This document shows positions 50,994 through 59,246 of a DNA stretch of 64,000 nt, in pieces. Within the stretch, counting starts at the first letter, position 1, and each line of letters opens with the position of its first letter. Source of the DNA: Candidatus Dormibacteria bacterium (GTDB lineage: Bacteria > Chloroflexota > Dormibacteria > Aeolococcales > Aeolococcaceae); the NCBI GenBank assembly GCA_044450385.1, contig JBIOIZ010000006.1:339-64338 (forward strand), written 5' to 3'. The translations under genes were made by a program, and so were the position numbers. The notes beneath the pieces are model-generated. The model had not been told where the DNA came from, searched no databases, and saw only the letters and a list, made by a program, of their open reading frames with translations.

Positions 50994-51590
50994 CTACCTG
51001 CTCGTGGTTGCTCCCACTGGGAGAGGGCCGGCATCGCCGTTTGCTTCGGGGTGGCGAGTCATGACCGGCTCGCTCTCGTCGGTGCTGCTGTGCTGGGCGC
51101 CTGCCGCGCGGGATGCGGGCTCACTCATGGCGCGCCGCACGAGTGCTGCCACGCCCGCACTCGCGCCGGTCTCGAGGGCGGTCGCAGCGGCTCGCCGCCA
51201 GAGCGGATTGGCACGACGCTGTGCCTGCGCCTGATGTTCAGCGATCTTGATGGAGAGCGCCTCCACCAACTCGTCACGCTGCTTGGTGGCTGCGCGAGTT
51301 CGCCCCATCAACCAGCGGTCGCTGGTTCGAGCGACCGGCACCGCCACGTCGTGCGTGACCGCCGGGAGTCGCTTTGCCGCTCCGGTGATCGGTCCATCGC
51401 GGCGGCGGCGGGCGACGACGGTGATCGCGCCGATCCCGATCACGCCCAGCGCACCACCGGCGATCGCCGCGACGCGCACAACACGACCACGAGTAACGCG
51501 GGTCCGCGTTCTGAGCGCGTCGACTGTTGTCCCGAGCGCGCGGCGCCTCTGCTCTATCTCTTTTCGGGTGTCAGCTGCTGTTTTACCCAT
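50994..51590 (-). CDS. DUF3618-like protein
   Basis: DTRKEIEQRRRALGTTVDAL plus a TM; follows the holin-like gene. Confidence 0.7.
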   Translation of the reverse strand: MGKTAADTRKEIEQRRRALGTTVDALRTRTRVTRGRVVRVAAIAGGALGVIGIGAITVVARRRRDGPITGAAKRLPAVTHDVAVPVARTSDRWLMGRTRAATKQRDELVEALSIKIAEHQAQAQRRANPLWRRAAATALETGASAGVAALVRRAMSEPASRAAGAQHSSTDESEPVMTRHPEANGDAGPLPVGATTSR

Positions 51591-51982
51591 TCGGCGTCCT
51601 CCTTCAATGTGTGCACGGTCTGGCGCAGCGGGCTGATGCGCTTCAGTCGGCTGATCGCCACGATGGCTCCGACGAGGGCGATGACCAGGAAAACGCCGGC
51701 ACATGCGAGCGCGGCCACCCAGTGCAGCGGCACCGCAACCACCAGCGCAACGATCGCCATGATCAGAAAGGCGATCACGCCGAAGATCGCGACGGTGCCC
51801 GTGACCAGGGCGGTCACCGCCGAATGCAGCGACTCGATGATCTCCTGCTTGGCAAGCTGCACCTCGGCCGTCACCAGGCGGCTGCCTTCGTGGAGGGCGT
51901 CGTGGAGCAACGCGCCGGTGCCCTCGGAAGTGGCTCTGGGAGTTTCGGCGTTAGGGAAATTGCTGCTGGGTTCGACGGTCAT
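51554..51982 (-). CDS. phage-holin-like (YhjD/holin-X) membrane protein
   Basis: SRLVTAEVQLAKQEI, two TMs, TVHTLKEDAEW. Confidence 0.85.
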   Translation of the reverse strand: MTVEPSSNFPNAETPRATSEGTGALLHDALHEGSRLVTAEVQLAKQEIIESLHSAVTALVTGTVAIFGVIAFLIMAIVALVVAVPLHWVAALACAGVFLVIALVGAIVAISRLKRISPLRQTVHTLKEDAEWVKQQLTPEKR

Positions 51983-53061
51983 CTGCTGGCCACTCGTGTG
52001 AGGCGGTCACGACGCTTGCGCAGTTCGAAGGCGACAGTTCCGGCGGCGGCGACAACCATGCCCGCTCCGAAAGCAATGCGAGCCGCGCGTGGTGTTGGAT
52101 GGGCGACCGGTACCGGGCCGCCCGCAGCCGGTTGCAGGTCCGCGTCACCGCGGGCATACGTGCCGTGGGCCTCCAACACCGTGTGCGGATCATCGAGATC
52201 GCGACCTTCTGCAGCGGGTGATGCGACAAGCCCTTCGCGCTGAGGAACCCCGAGACGCAGGTTGTTGTAGACGGCTCCGATGAGGATGAACTGACTCATG
52301 AATCCAAGCCAGGCCGCGAGGAGGAAGAACAGTGCGAACTGCTGCCCGTAGGTGCCGAAACCGTGGGAAACCTTCGCGTACAGCGGAAACAGCAGGGAGA
52401 AGAGCTCGACCAGCACGCCGGCGAGCGCGGCGCCGGGCAAGATGTCCTTCAGCTCGAACGTCCGGTTGGGAACGAATCGATAGATGGCGAGCATGAGCGC
52501 GACCAGGGCGCCCGCTCCTGCGACCGCGCCGATGACGCCCGCACCCGGTGACGCTGCCAGCACGGTGTTGGCCCCCACGACGACGAGGACCGTAGCGATG
52601 AAGATCAATACCATGATCAGCCCCATCGCCTTCTGGCGAAGCATGTCGCGCTGCGTGGTCCCGAAGATCGTCGTCAGGGCAAATTCCATGGCGGCGAACA
52701 GGCTTGTCCCGCTCCAGAGCAGGCCGATAACCGACACGACGCCGAGGATTCCCGCGTTGCGATGCACGTTGTCGAGGGCCTGAAGGATTTGAGCATGCGC
52801 ATCAGTCGGAAACACGGAGAGGATGGCGGTGTAGACGTGCCGCTGCGTCGTGGGGTCATTGACCACAAACCCGACGATTGCGAGCATGCCGAGGATCAGC
52901 GGAAACATGGCCAGGAACGCGTTGAAGGAGAGCCCGGCCGCGTAGTTCCCAGCGTGGGTCGCGCCGTAGGCCTTGACCACCTGGATCGGTCGCGATGCAG
53001 CAACCCGCCTCAGCATGCTGTTCGAGGATCGGCTTCGCCGCGCCGCAGTGAAACTACTCAC
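51979..53061 (-). CDS. YihY/BrkB family membrane protein
   Basis: AAGLSFNAFLAMFP, LLWSG, YRFVPN, PGA, YG. Confidence 0.88.
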   Translation of the reverse strand: MSSFTAARRSRSSNSMLRRVAASRPIQVVKAYGATHAGNYAAGLSFNAFLAMFPLILGMLAIVGFVVNDPTTQRHVYTAILSVFPTDAHAQILQALDNVHRNAGILGVVSVIGLLWSGTSLFAAMEFALTTIFGTTQRDMLRQKAMGLIMVLIFIATVLVVVGANTVLAASPGAGVIGAVAGAGALVALMLAIYRFVPNRTFELKDILPGAALAGVLVELFSLLFPLYAKVSHGFGTYGQQFALFFLLAAWLGFMSQFILIGAVYNNLRLGVPQREGLVASPAAEGRDLDDPHTVLEAHGTYARGDADLQPAAGGPVPVAHPTPRAARIAFGAGMVVAAAGTVAFELRKRRDRLTRVASR

Positions 53062-53199
53062 ATCACTGGTAGTTTAGCTTATAGTACCTATATCAGGAGT
53101 GGTCGTCGTCCTCGTAGACACGGTCTCCGGACGGCAGAGCGGCGTTGCCGGGCTGGCGACCAACCGGTGGCCGAATGCCGTGGGACGACCGCCGCAGCG

Positions 53200-53637
53200 C
53201 TAGCCTTCCTTTTCGGCGACGGCTTTGAGGCCGTCGAGAACTGGGCCCCAGTTCTTCTCCGCCATCGCATCAGCCTCTTCCTGGCTGGCGTTGTTGTCCT
53301 GCTTGAGCGTCAGGGTCGTTTTATCACCGTGGTCCGCTAGCTCGTACGTCACCGTGTGGTAGTTCTCGGGCTTGTCGTCGCTGCCTCCCATGGGACTCCA
53401 ATGCGTCGTCTGCAGTAACGCCATCGGTACGAAAGCCAGGACAGTGCCCTTGTCTTCGTATGTCGTGCCCTGCCACTCGCCCTTCCATGAGATCGGGCTG
53501 CCGATCTCCCATGTCGTCTGCATATTGGTTCCGTACATGTACTGCTTGACCAACTCCGGTTCGGTCAGCGCGCGCCAGACGGCGGCCACCGGAGCCTGGA
53601 TGGTCACCTGCTTCTCGGCGATGAATGTCCCGGTCAT
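53200..53637 (-). CDS. SRPBCC/AHSA1 family protein
   Basis: IQAPVAAVWRALT...WGPVLDGLKAVAE. Confidence 0.88.
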   Translation of the reverse strand: MTGTFIAEKQVTIQAPVAAVWRALTEPELVKQYMYGTNMQTTWEIGSPISWKGEWQGTTYEDKGTVLAFVPMALLQTTHWSPMGGSDDKPENYHTVTYELADHGDKTTLTLKQDNNASQEEADAMAEKNWGPVLDGLKAVAEKEG

Positions 53638-53678
53638 CGTGACGTTCCTCCGTCCTGGGCTCGATTGCCTGTCGGATG

Positions 53679-53693
53679 TATGATCCGATCATA
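53679..53693. promoter_or_regulatory. palindromic operator between the divergent SRPBCC and MarR genes
   Basis: TATGATC-C-GATCATA overlapping TATGAT/TATAAT -10-like boxes. Confidence 0.65.
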
Positions 53694-53721
53694 TAATGAC
53701 GGTACCAGCGGATATCGCCTC

Positions 53722-54279
53722 GTGATTTCTTCGGACGCGCGGCTCGCGAACCTTCTTGGAGCTCTTGCCACGGGGGTCAGCGATGGCATGCACGATGCGA
53801 TGTGTGACGCCGCGCAGATGGACGCCGTCTCCGGGTCCGCACTGGTCGCGTTGCTCGAGTTCTCACCAAGGGGATCCGTTCAAACCCTCAGCGAAGTCGT
53901 TGGTCTGACCCACTCGGGCGCCGTTCGTCTCGTCGATCGCCTCGTCCTGGCCGGGTACGTCGTTCGCGGGCAGGGTCAGGATGGCCGGTCGCGCGAGGTC
54001 ACGCTCACGACCCGCGGAGCGACACTGGCGAGAAGAGTTCGACGAGCGCGCGAACGCGCCGTTGCCCAAACTCTCGAATCGTTCTCCACGACCGAGCGTG
54101 CTCATCTGACCGAGCTCTGTGAACGTCTTGTCGGCGCACTCACCAGGCAACGCCTCCACCAGCGAGCGGCCGGAGTCGCACCTACCGGCGGCGCCTTGTG
54201 CAGGACGTGTGATTTCGTCGCCTGCGGCCGCGATTCCGAGAGGTGTCCTGCGGCGCAAGTTGCAGCTCAGGCGCGCTAG
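53722..54279 (+). CDS. MarR-family regulator with C-terminal Cys4 motif
   Basis: GLTHSGAVRLVDRL, DGRSREVTLT, LCRTCDFVACGRDSERCP. Confidence 0.85.
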   Translation: MISSDARLANLLGALATGVSDGMHDAMCDAAQMDAVSGSALVALLEFSPRGSVQTLSEVVGLTHSGAVRLVDRLVLAGYVVRGQGQDGRSREVTLTTRGATLARRVRRARERAVAQTLESFSTTERAHLTELCERLVGALTRQRLHQRAAGVAPTGGALCRTCDFVACGRDSERCPAAQVAAQAR

Positions 54280-55004
54280 CCCGGTCGACGCGGCCAGCGC
54301 TTACGCGGTGACAGCGTGCTGGGACCGACGTGCTCATCCAGCCAGCTGGTGAGCGGGGCAGCAGCGCGCCAGCTTCCTGCGACGTGGTCGAGCGCGTCCT
54401 TGCGGCCAACGCCGGACCCTCCGGGCAGCAGACGCCCAGCCAGCAGGGACCTGTGTTTCAGGAGCGCCGCCGGGCGGTGATCGCGTGGGTATCCGCGAGG
54501 CACCGAACTGAGGTCGTCACCAATCACCTCGAGGCCGGCATCCAGAGCCATGGCCTGCGCTTCGAACAGGCGCGCACCGATCTGATCGTCGACGACCGCG
54601 GCGCGATATCGGGCCAGCTGGTCGGACGTCAGCCGGTGGTATCCCGACCCCGAGTAGAGGCCACGCGCCGACACATCGGCGTAGAGCCGTGCCCTTGCAG
54701 GCGACGCGAATTCCAGGACGCCGTAGGTTCGTGTCTTGTATGGCGAGGCGGGAGCGAATCGCATGTCGTTCTGCTGACGGAACACGCGAACCGCTCCACC
54801 GAACGTGCCACTCAGCTCTTGCAGCATCTCGGTGAGAGCGCCCCGAACCTCGGTCTCATATCGCTCGCGCGTGGCAGTGAAATATGCGCGTGAGTTGTCG
54901 ACCTCGAGCCCGGCGAACCACTCGAAGACCCACGCGGCGAATCCCGGAAACTCGACGTCCGGGGCGTCCGCCGCGGGAGGGGCATGAGAATGCCGCGGTT
55001 CCAC
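54276..55004 (-). CDS. DUF2461 family protein
   Basis: DNSRAYF, FRQQNDMRF, PYKT, VPRGYPRDH. Confidence 0.82.
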   Translation of the reverse strand: MEPRHSHAPPAADAPDVEFPGFAAWVFEWFAGLEVDNSRAYFTATRERYETEVRGALTEMLQELSGTFGGAVRVFRQQNDMRFAPASPYKTRTYGVLEFASPARARLYADVSARGLYSGSGYHRLTSDQLARYRAAVVDDQIGARLFEAQAMALDAGLEVIGDDLSSVPRGYPRDHRPAALLKHRSLLAGRLLPGGSGVGRKDALDHVAGSWRAAAPLTSWLDEHVGPSTLSPRKRWPRRPG

Positions 55005-55107
55005 GTGCCAAGGATGATGGGTGAGGACGGTCGACGCGCGGACGTATGAGTGACCGGGGTCCGTGGTGCGCCGACTCCAGGAGCCGGCTGGCCGTAGCGA
55101 TACGTGA

Positions 55108-55145
55108 TTGACTTTTACCGTCTAGTTATATAACCTTATGGTAAT
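55108..55145 (+). promoter_or_regulatory. sigma70 promoter with overlapping ArsR-type operator
   Basis: TTGACT-N17-TAACCT; imperfect palindrome ATAACC-TTAT-GGTAAT; probably leaderless. Confidence 0.7.
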
Positions 55146-55500
55146 GGCTACTAGCGATCCACTGAGCCGCGCTTTCGCCGCCCTTGCCGACCCCACCCGC
55201 CGGGCCATCCTCGAGCGCCTCGCGGCTGGCGAGGCTGGAGTCGTCGAGCTCGCGGCGTCCTCCACGCTGACGCAGCCCGCAATCACCAAGCATCTCAAGG
55301 TGCTGGAGCGGGCCGGCCTCATCGGCCGGGGCCGCGACGGTCAGCGCCGCCCGGCGCGACTTCAGCTCGAGGGCCTCCTGCCCGTGGACGACTGGCTCCG
55401 CAGCGCGCACGCCGAATGGTCCGCCCGCCTCGACCGTCTCGAAGCCCATCTTGCCGCCCAAACCGAATCAACCATCACAGAGGAGAGCCACGATGCCTGA
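55144..55500 (+). CDS. ArsR/SmtB family regulator
   Basis: FAALADPTRRAIL, QPAITKHLKVLERAGL; start 55144 or 55138. Confidence 0.92.
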   Translation: MATSDPLSRAFAALADPTRRAILERLAAGEAGVVELAASSTLTQPAITKHLKVLERAGLIGRGRDGQRRPARLQLEGLLPVDDWLRSAHAEWSARLDRLEAHLAAQTESTITEESHDA

Positions 55501-55996
55501 GACCCGTACCGCAGTGGACGTCCAATCCGCAACTCCGACCAAGCAGCTCGTCATCGAGCGCACCCTGAAGGCCTCGCCGGAGCGGGTCTTCGACGTCTTC
55601 ACAGACCCGGAGCAGCTCAAGCAATGGTGGTGGCCCAACGGCTTCACCTGCCCCGCCGCAGAGGTGGACCTTCGCGTCGGCGGGGCCTACCGGCTGGCGA
55701 TGGAGTGGCCGGACTTCATCCCTTCGGAGGCCCGGTTCTCCCACTACATGGGTGGTGAGTATTACGAGATCGATCGGCCGAATCGCCTCGTCATGAGCGG
55801 CCGGGCCGTCAACGACGAGCAGGGTGAGCTCTTCGCGACGCTCATCGAGGTGACCTTTGAGGCCCGCGACGGGGGGACCGCGCTCACGGTGCGACAGTCC
55901 TACTTCGAGCCGATGCCGCCTGCCGAGGCGATGGCCGGTGCCGAGCAGGGCTGGTCCGAGCAGCTCGACAAGCTCGAGCGGCTTCTGGCGGAGTGA
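55493..55996 (+). CDS. SRPBCC/AHSA1 family protein
   Basis: PERVFDVFTDP, DLRVGG, GWSEQLDKL; GAGGAG RBS. Confidence 0.9.
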   Translation: MPETRTAVDVQSATPTKQLVIERTLKASPERVFDVFTDPEQLKQWWWPNGFTCPAAEVDLRVGGAYRLAMEWPDFIPSEARFSHYMGGEYYEIDRPNRLVMSGRAVNDEQGELFATLIEVTFEARDGGTALTVRQSYFEPMPPAEAMAGAEQGWSEQLDKLERLLAE

Positions 55997-56361
55997 TGGT
56001 CGTGGACGTCACAACGCACACGCTGGATACCGCCGAAGCCGACATCGTCTACGACGTCCAAGGCCCGTTGCCGACCGCCGACGGACGCCTGGCGCTGTTC
56101 ATGATCGGGCAGCCGATGGACGCCGGCGGCTTCCGCACGCTGGCGTCGTACTTCGCCGACCGCACCGTGATCACACATGACCCGCGCGGTCTCGGCCGCA
56201 GCATCCGCAAAGACGGCCGGGTCGACAACGTCCCTAACGTCCAGGCAGAAGACGTGCACGCCGTCATCGAGGCTCTCAGCGCCGGCCGAGTCGAGATGTT
56301 CGCTAGCAGTCCATTCAACGGCAGTGACGTGATCATTGCAACTCGCCAAGACGGGGACTAG
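55996..56361 (+). pseudogene. truncated alpha/beta hydrolase
   Basis: GQPMDAGGF, DPRGLGRS, QAEDVHAVIEAL, FASS, then homology ends at about 56310. Confidence 0.75.
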
Positions 56362-56364
56362 CGG

Positions 56365-56820
56365 ATGTTCAAAAATCCCCGTCTCGCAGACTTGGCCCCG
56401 ATTGTTGGCGAGTGGCAGATGGAGCTCTCAAATGCTGCATTCTTGCCAGGCCCACAACAAACCGTAAACGGCCAGGTCGTTTTTGCCTGGATAGAAGAAG
56501 GGGGTCTGATCGCCATGAGACAGGAGGACAAGGCTACATGGGTCATCGGACGAGATGACGAGAGTGACGAGTACACCGTTCTCTATTACGACAGCCGCGG
56601 GGTGTCACGTGTGTATCACATGACCTTGGTCAATAGACAGTGGCGCCTCTGGCGCAATCATCCCGAGTTTTCGCAGCGCTACGAAGGACTGATCAGTGAC
56701 GACGATGACACCATCACATCGCACTGGGAAAAGTCAACGGATGGCGGTAAGACTTGGAATCATGATTTTGATATGAAACTCTCTCGCTCGGAATCATCGC
56801 CGGGGTCGTCCCGGCGATAG
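56365..56820 (+). CDS. hypothetical beta-barrel protein (DUF1579-like)
   Basis: LAPIVGEW, YYDSRGVSRVY, WEKSTDGGKTW; AT-richer than flanks. Confidence 0.75.
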   Translation: MFKNPRLADLAPIVGEWQMELSNAAFLPGPQQTVNGQVVFAWIEEGGLIAMRQEDKATWVIGRDDESDEYTVLYYDSRGVSRVYHMTLVNRQWRLWRNHPEFSQRYEGLISDDDDTITSHWEKSTDGGKTWNHDFDMKLSRSESSPGSSRR

Positions 56821-56919
56821 ATCTCCACGCGTCAACAGTCATTGCGAGATCAGTGGCCTCTGGAATCAACTTGCTATCCTTTTGACGGTGGATAGATGGC
56901 GTGAAGGAGGCCCAACCTT

Positions 56920-57330
56920 ATGAATCCTGTAGTTCATTTCGAGATCCCATATGAGAACGCAGACCGTGCCGCCAGCTTTTACGAGCAGGCCTTCGGCTGG
57001 AAGACGCAAAGGTTTGGCGAGGAGATGGGCAACTACGTGACCGTCACCACAACCGAAAGCGATCCCCAAACTGGTCGGCCCACGAGTCCCGGCGCCATCA
57101 ATGGGGGGCTCTTCGCCAAGAGCGGGCAAATGGCCGACGCGCACCCTTCCGTGGTGATCGCCGTGGATGACATTCAGGCCGCCGCGCAGACGGTTGTGTC
57201 ATCGGGCGGTGAGGTTCTCGGCGAACCTATGGATATCCCCGGGGTGGGAAGGTACGTTTCCTTCAAAGATACGGAGGGCAATCGCGTGTCGCTGTTGCAG
57301 CCCACTCCGGTGATGGCCGTCCATCCCTGA
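56920..57330 (+). CDS. VOC/glyoxalase family protein
   Basis: VVHFEIP, FGW, AINGG, DTEGN; GAAGGAGG RBS. Confidence 0.9.
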   Translation: MNPVVHFEIPYENADRAASFYEQAFGWKTQRFGEEMGNYVTVTTTESDPQTGRPTSPGAINGGLFAKSGQMADAHPSVVIAVDDIQAAAQTVVSSGGEVLGEPMDIPGVGRYVSFKDTEGNRVSLLQPTPVMAVHP

Positions 57331-57441
57331 AGAGCTTCGCGCGACCGGACAGGCCTGGTCGAGGCTGGCGACCGCGATGGAGGTGATTCCTGTCAGACGC
57401 GGTCGCCAGCATGTCCTACGGCGACGCGAGCGCCCAGTCGG

Positions 57442-57939
57442 TTAGCTCGACTCGTGCTCCACGATGCGCTGCGGGTCCTGTCGATTCGAACTGCCGTCGG
57501 TCGTCACCTGGATTCGCACGGGTTCGGCCTTCCGAGACCGCGGGATGGTGACCGTGAGTTCGCCATTGACGAAAGACGCTTTGATCTCGTCAGTACGCAC
57601 ATCCACCGGGAGCCCGATCTGGCGGAACACTGACATGGTGCCGCGCTCGCGGCGAACGTAGGTGCCCTCACTCTGCTCGCGCTCGCTGCGTGAGGTCCCC
57701 GCGATGGTGAGTACGCCGCCGTCGACCGTGACCTGGACGTCGTCCGGACCCAGTCCTGGAACCGACGCCTCAACGAGGAAGGCGTCGTCCGTCTGGCGGA
57801 TGTCGACTGGAAGATGCGTATAGCCGGCGCGGCCATTGCCGCCCCGCAGACTCTCTGGGCTCATGGTCTGGAAGAGCTGATCCATCTGACTATGGAGGTC
57901 AAAAAGCTCGTTCCATGGGTTCCAACGTACGACTGCCAT
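57442..57939 (-). CDS. Hsp20/alpha-crystallin small heat-shock protein
   Basis: RWNPW, PVDI, LTIAG, RRER, NGELTVTIP; AAGGAGG RBS. Confidence 0.92.
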   Translation of the reverse strand: MAVVRWNPWNELFDLHSQMDQLFQTMSPESLRGGNGRAGYTHLPVDIRQTDDAFLVEASVPGLGPDDVQVTVDGGVLTIAGTSRSEREQSEGTYVRRERGTMSVFRQIGLPVDVRTDEIKASFVNGELTVTIPRSRKAEPVRIQVTTDGSSNRQDPQRIVEHESS

Positions 57940-58104
57940 GCCTGATGCCTCCTTTTAGGATGTGGGCGATGACCGCTGCAGGGCGGTCCGCCATCTGTCT
58001 ACCAAGAAGAGGCAGCATCGAAACCACCCTCCCGGCATGGCGCTCAACGCCCTCCTCAAGGCGAATTTGACCCCCCAGCCCGGGGGTGAGCCTGGCATGC
58101 AAGC

Positions 58105-59202
58105 CTATGCGGCCGAGTTCTCCAAGAGCCCCGCTGGCTCCTGGGGCGCTTCCGGTTCCCACGCGACTTTGTCATAGATGCGTCGATAGGACGACGCCAT
58201 CGTCGATGGGCTGAAGCGGGCGCGCGTTGCCGCGGCGCAGTCGGAGGGCCGCAGGTCGGCAACCCGGGAGACCGCTCGCACCATCTCCTCGACATCGTTG
58301 ACGAGGAAGCCGGTCGTCCCATCCGTCACCAGTTCCGGTGCCGCACCACGGCTGATTGCGATGACCGGCGTACCGCTCGCCATCGCCTCGACCAGTGCAA
58401 GTCCGAAAGGCTCATCCCACTGCAGCGGCGCGAGGAGCGCATGTGCTCGCGCGAGGAGAAGCGCCTTCTCGTCGCCGGCGACATTGTCGAAATGGAGGAC
58501 CCGTATGCCATCGATGAAGGGTTCGATCTGGCGCCTGAAGTAGTCGGTCGCCTGCGGGGTGGATTCGACCTTGCCTGCCAGCACCAGGCGCATCCCAGTG
58601 CGCCGCGCCACCTCGATGGCGACGTGCTGGCCTTTGTCCGGACAGATGCGCGCGAGACACAGCAGGAATGGAACCTTTTGCGTCGGCGTCACCAGCAGGT
58701 TCTCGACATCGACAGCGTTGTGAACGGTGCCAATCCACCGGAAATCCTGCAGGGTTCGGCGCTGCGCGGCGCTGATCGCCACAAAGCCTGCGTGATCGAC
58801 GGCCGAGGAGTAGAAGGTTGCATAAGCCTCGGGGATATCCCCATGCACCGTGTGGACGACGGGAGCGACATCCGCGGCACATGCCGCCACAAGTGTCGCG
58901 AAGCCGCAGTGGTCGTGAATCACGTCAATGCGTTCGAGCTGTGTCAGCGTCGTGGCCACCCGCGACGCATAGGTCAACTCGCGGAGCCGCTCGTCCGGTC
59001 CACCAAGATCGGCTTGCCACGAACGGGGCGCCAGCACAATCGCGCCGGGCTCTGAACCCTCAGCGGCAAGGAGCGTGACCCGATCCCCCTCCTGGCGCAA
59101 GGCGTCGCCGAGCAACCCGACGACCAGCTCGATCCCGCCATAGCCATTCGGTGGAATCGGATACCACGGTGGCGCCACGATGACGACATGGCGTTGTGTC
59201 AT
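58105..59202 (-). CDS. glycosyltransferase family 4
   Basis: PPNGYGGIE, RICPDKG, EPFGLALVEAMASGTPV. Confidence 0.92.
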   Translation of the reverse strand: MTQRHVVIVAPPWYPIPPNGYGGIELVVGLLGDALRQEGDRVTLLAAEGSEPGAIVLAPRSWQADLGGPDERLRELTYASRVATTLTQLERIDVIHDHCGFATLVAACAADVAPVVHTVHGDIPEAYATFYSSAVDHAGFVAISAAQRRTLQDFRWIGTVHNAVDVENLLVTPTQKVPFLLCLARICPDKGQHVAIEVARRTGMRLVLAGKVESTPQATDYFRRQIEPFIDGIRVLHFDNVAGDEKALLLARAHALLAPLQWDEPFGLALVEAMASGTPVIAISRGAAPELVTDGTTGFLVNDVEEMVRAVSRVADLRPSDCAAATRARFSPSTMASSYRRIYDKVAWEPEAPQEPAGLLENSAA

Positions 59203-59246
59203 CGACCCCCGCCGCTCCCGCCGTACGAAGACATCGACCTTTCTCG

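Noticed and set aside
51554-51982. Prophage suggested by the holin-like gene
   Set aside because: No endolysin, structural or integrase genes; holin-like/DUF3618/YihY is a common chromosomal cluster.
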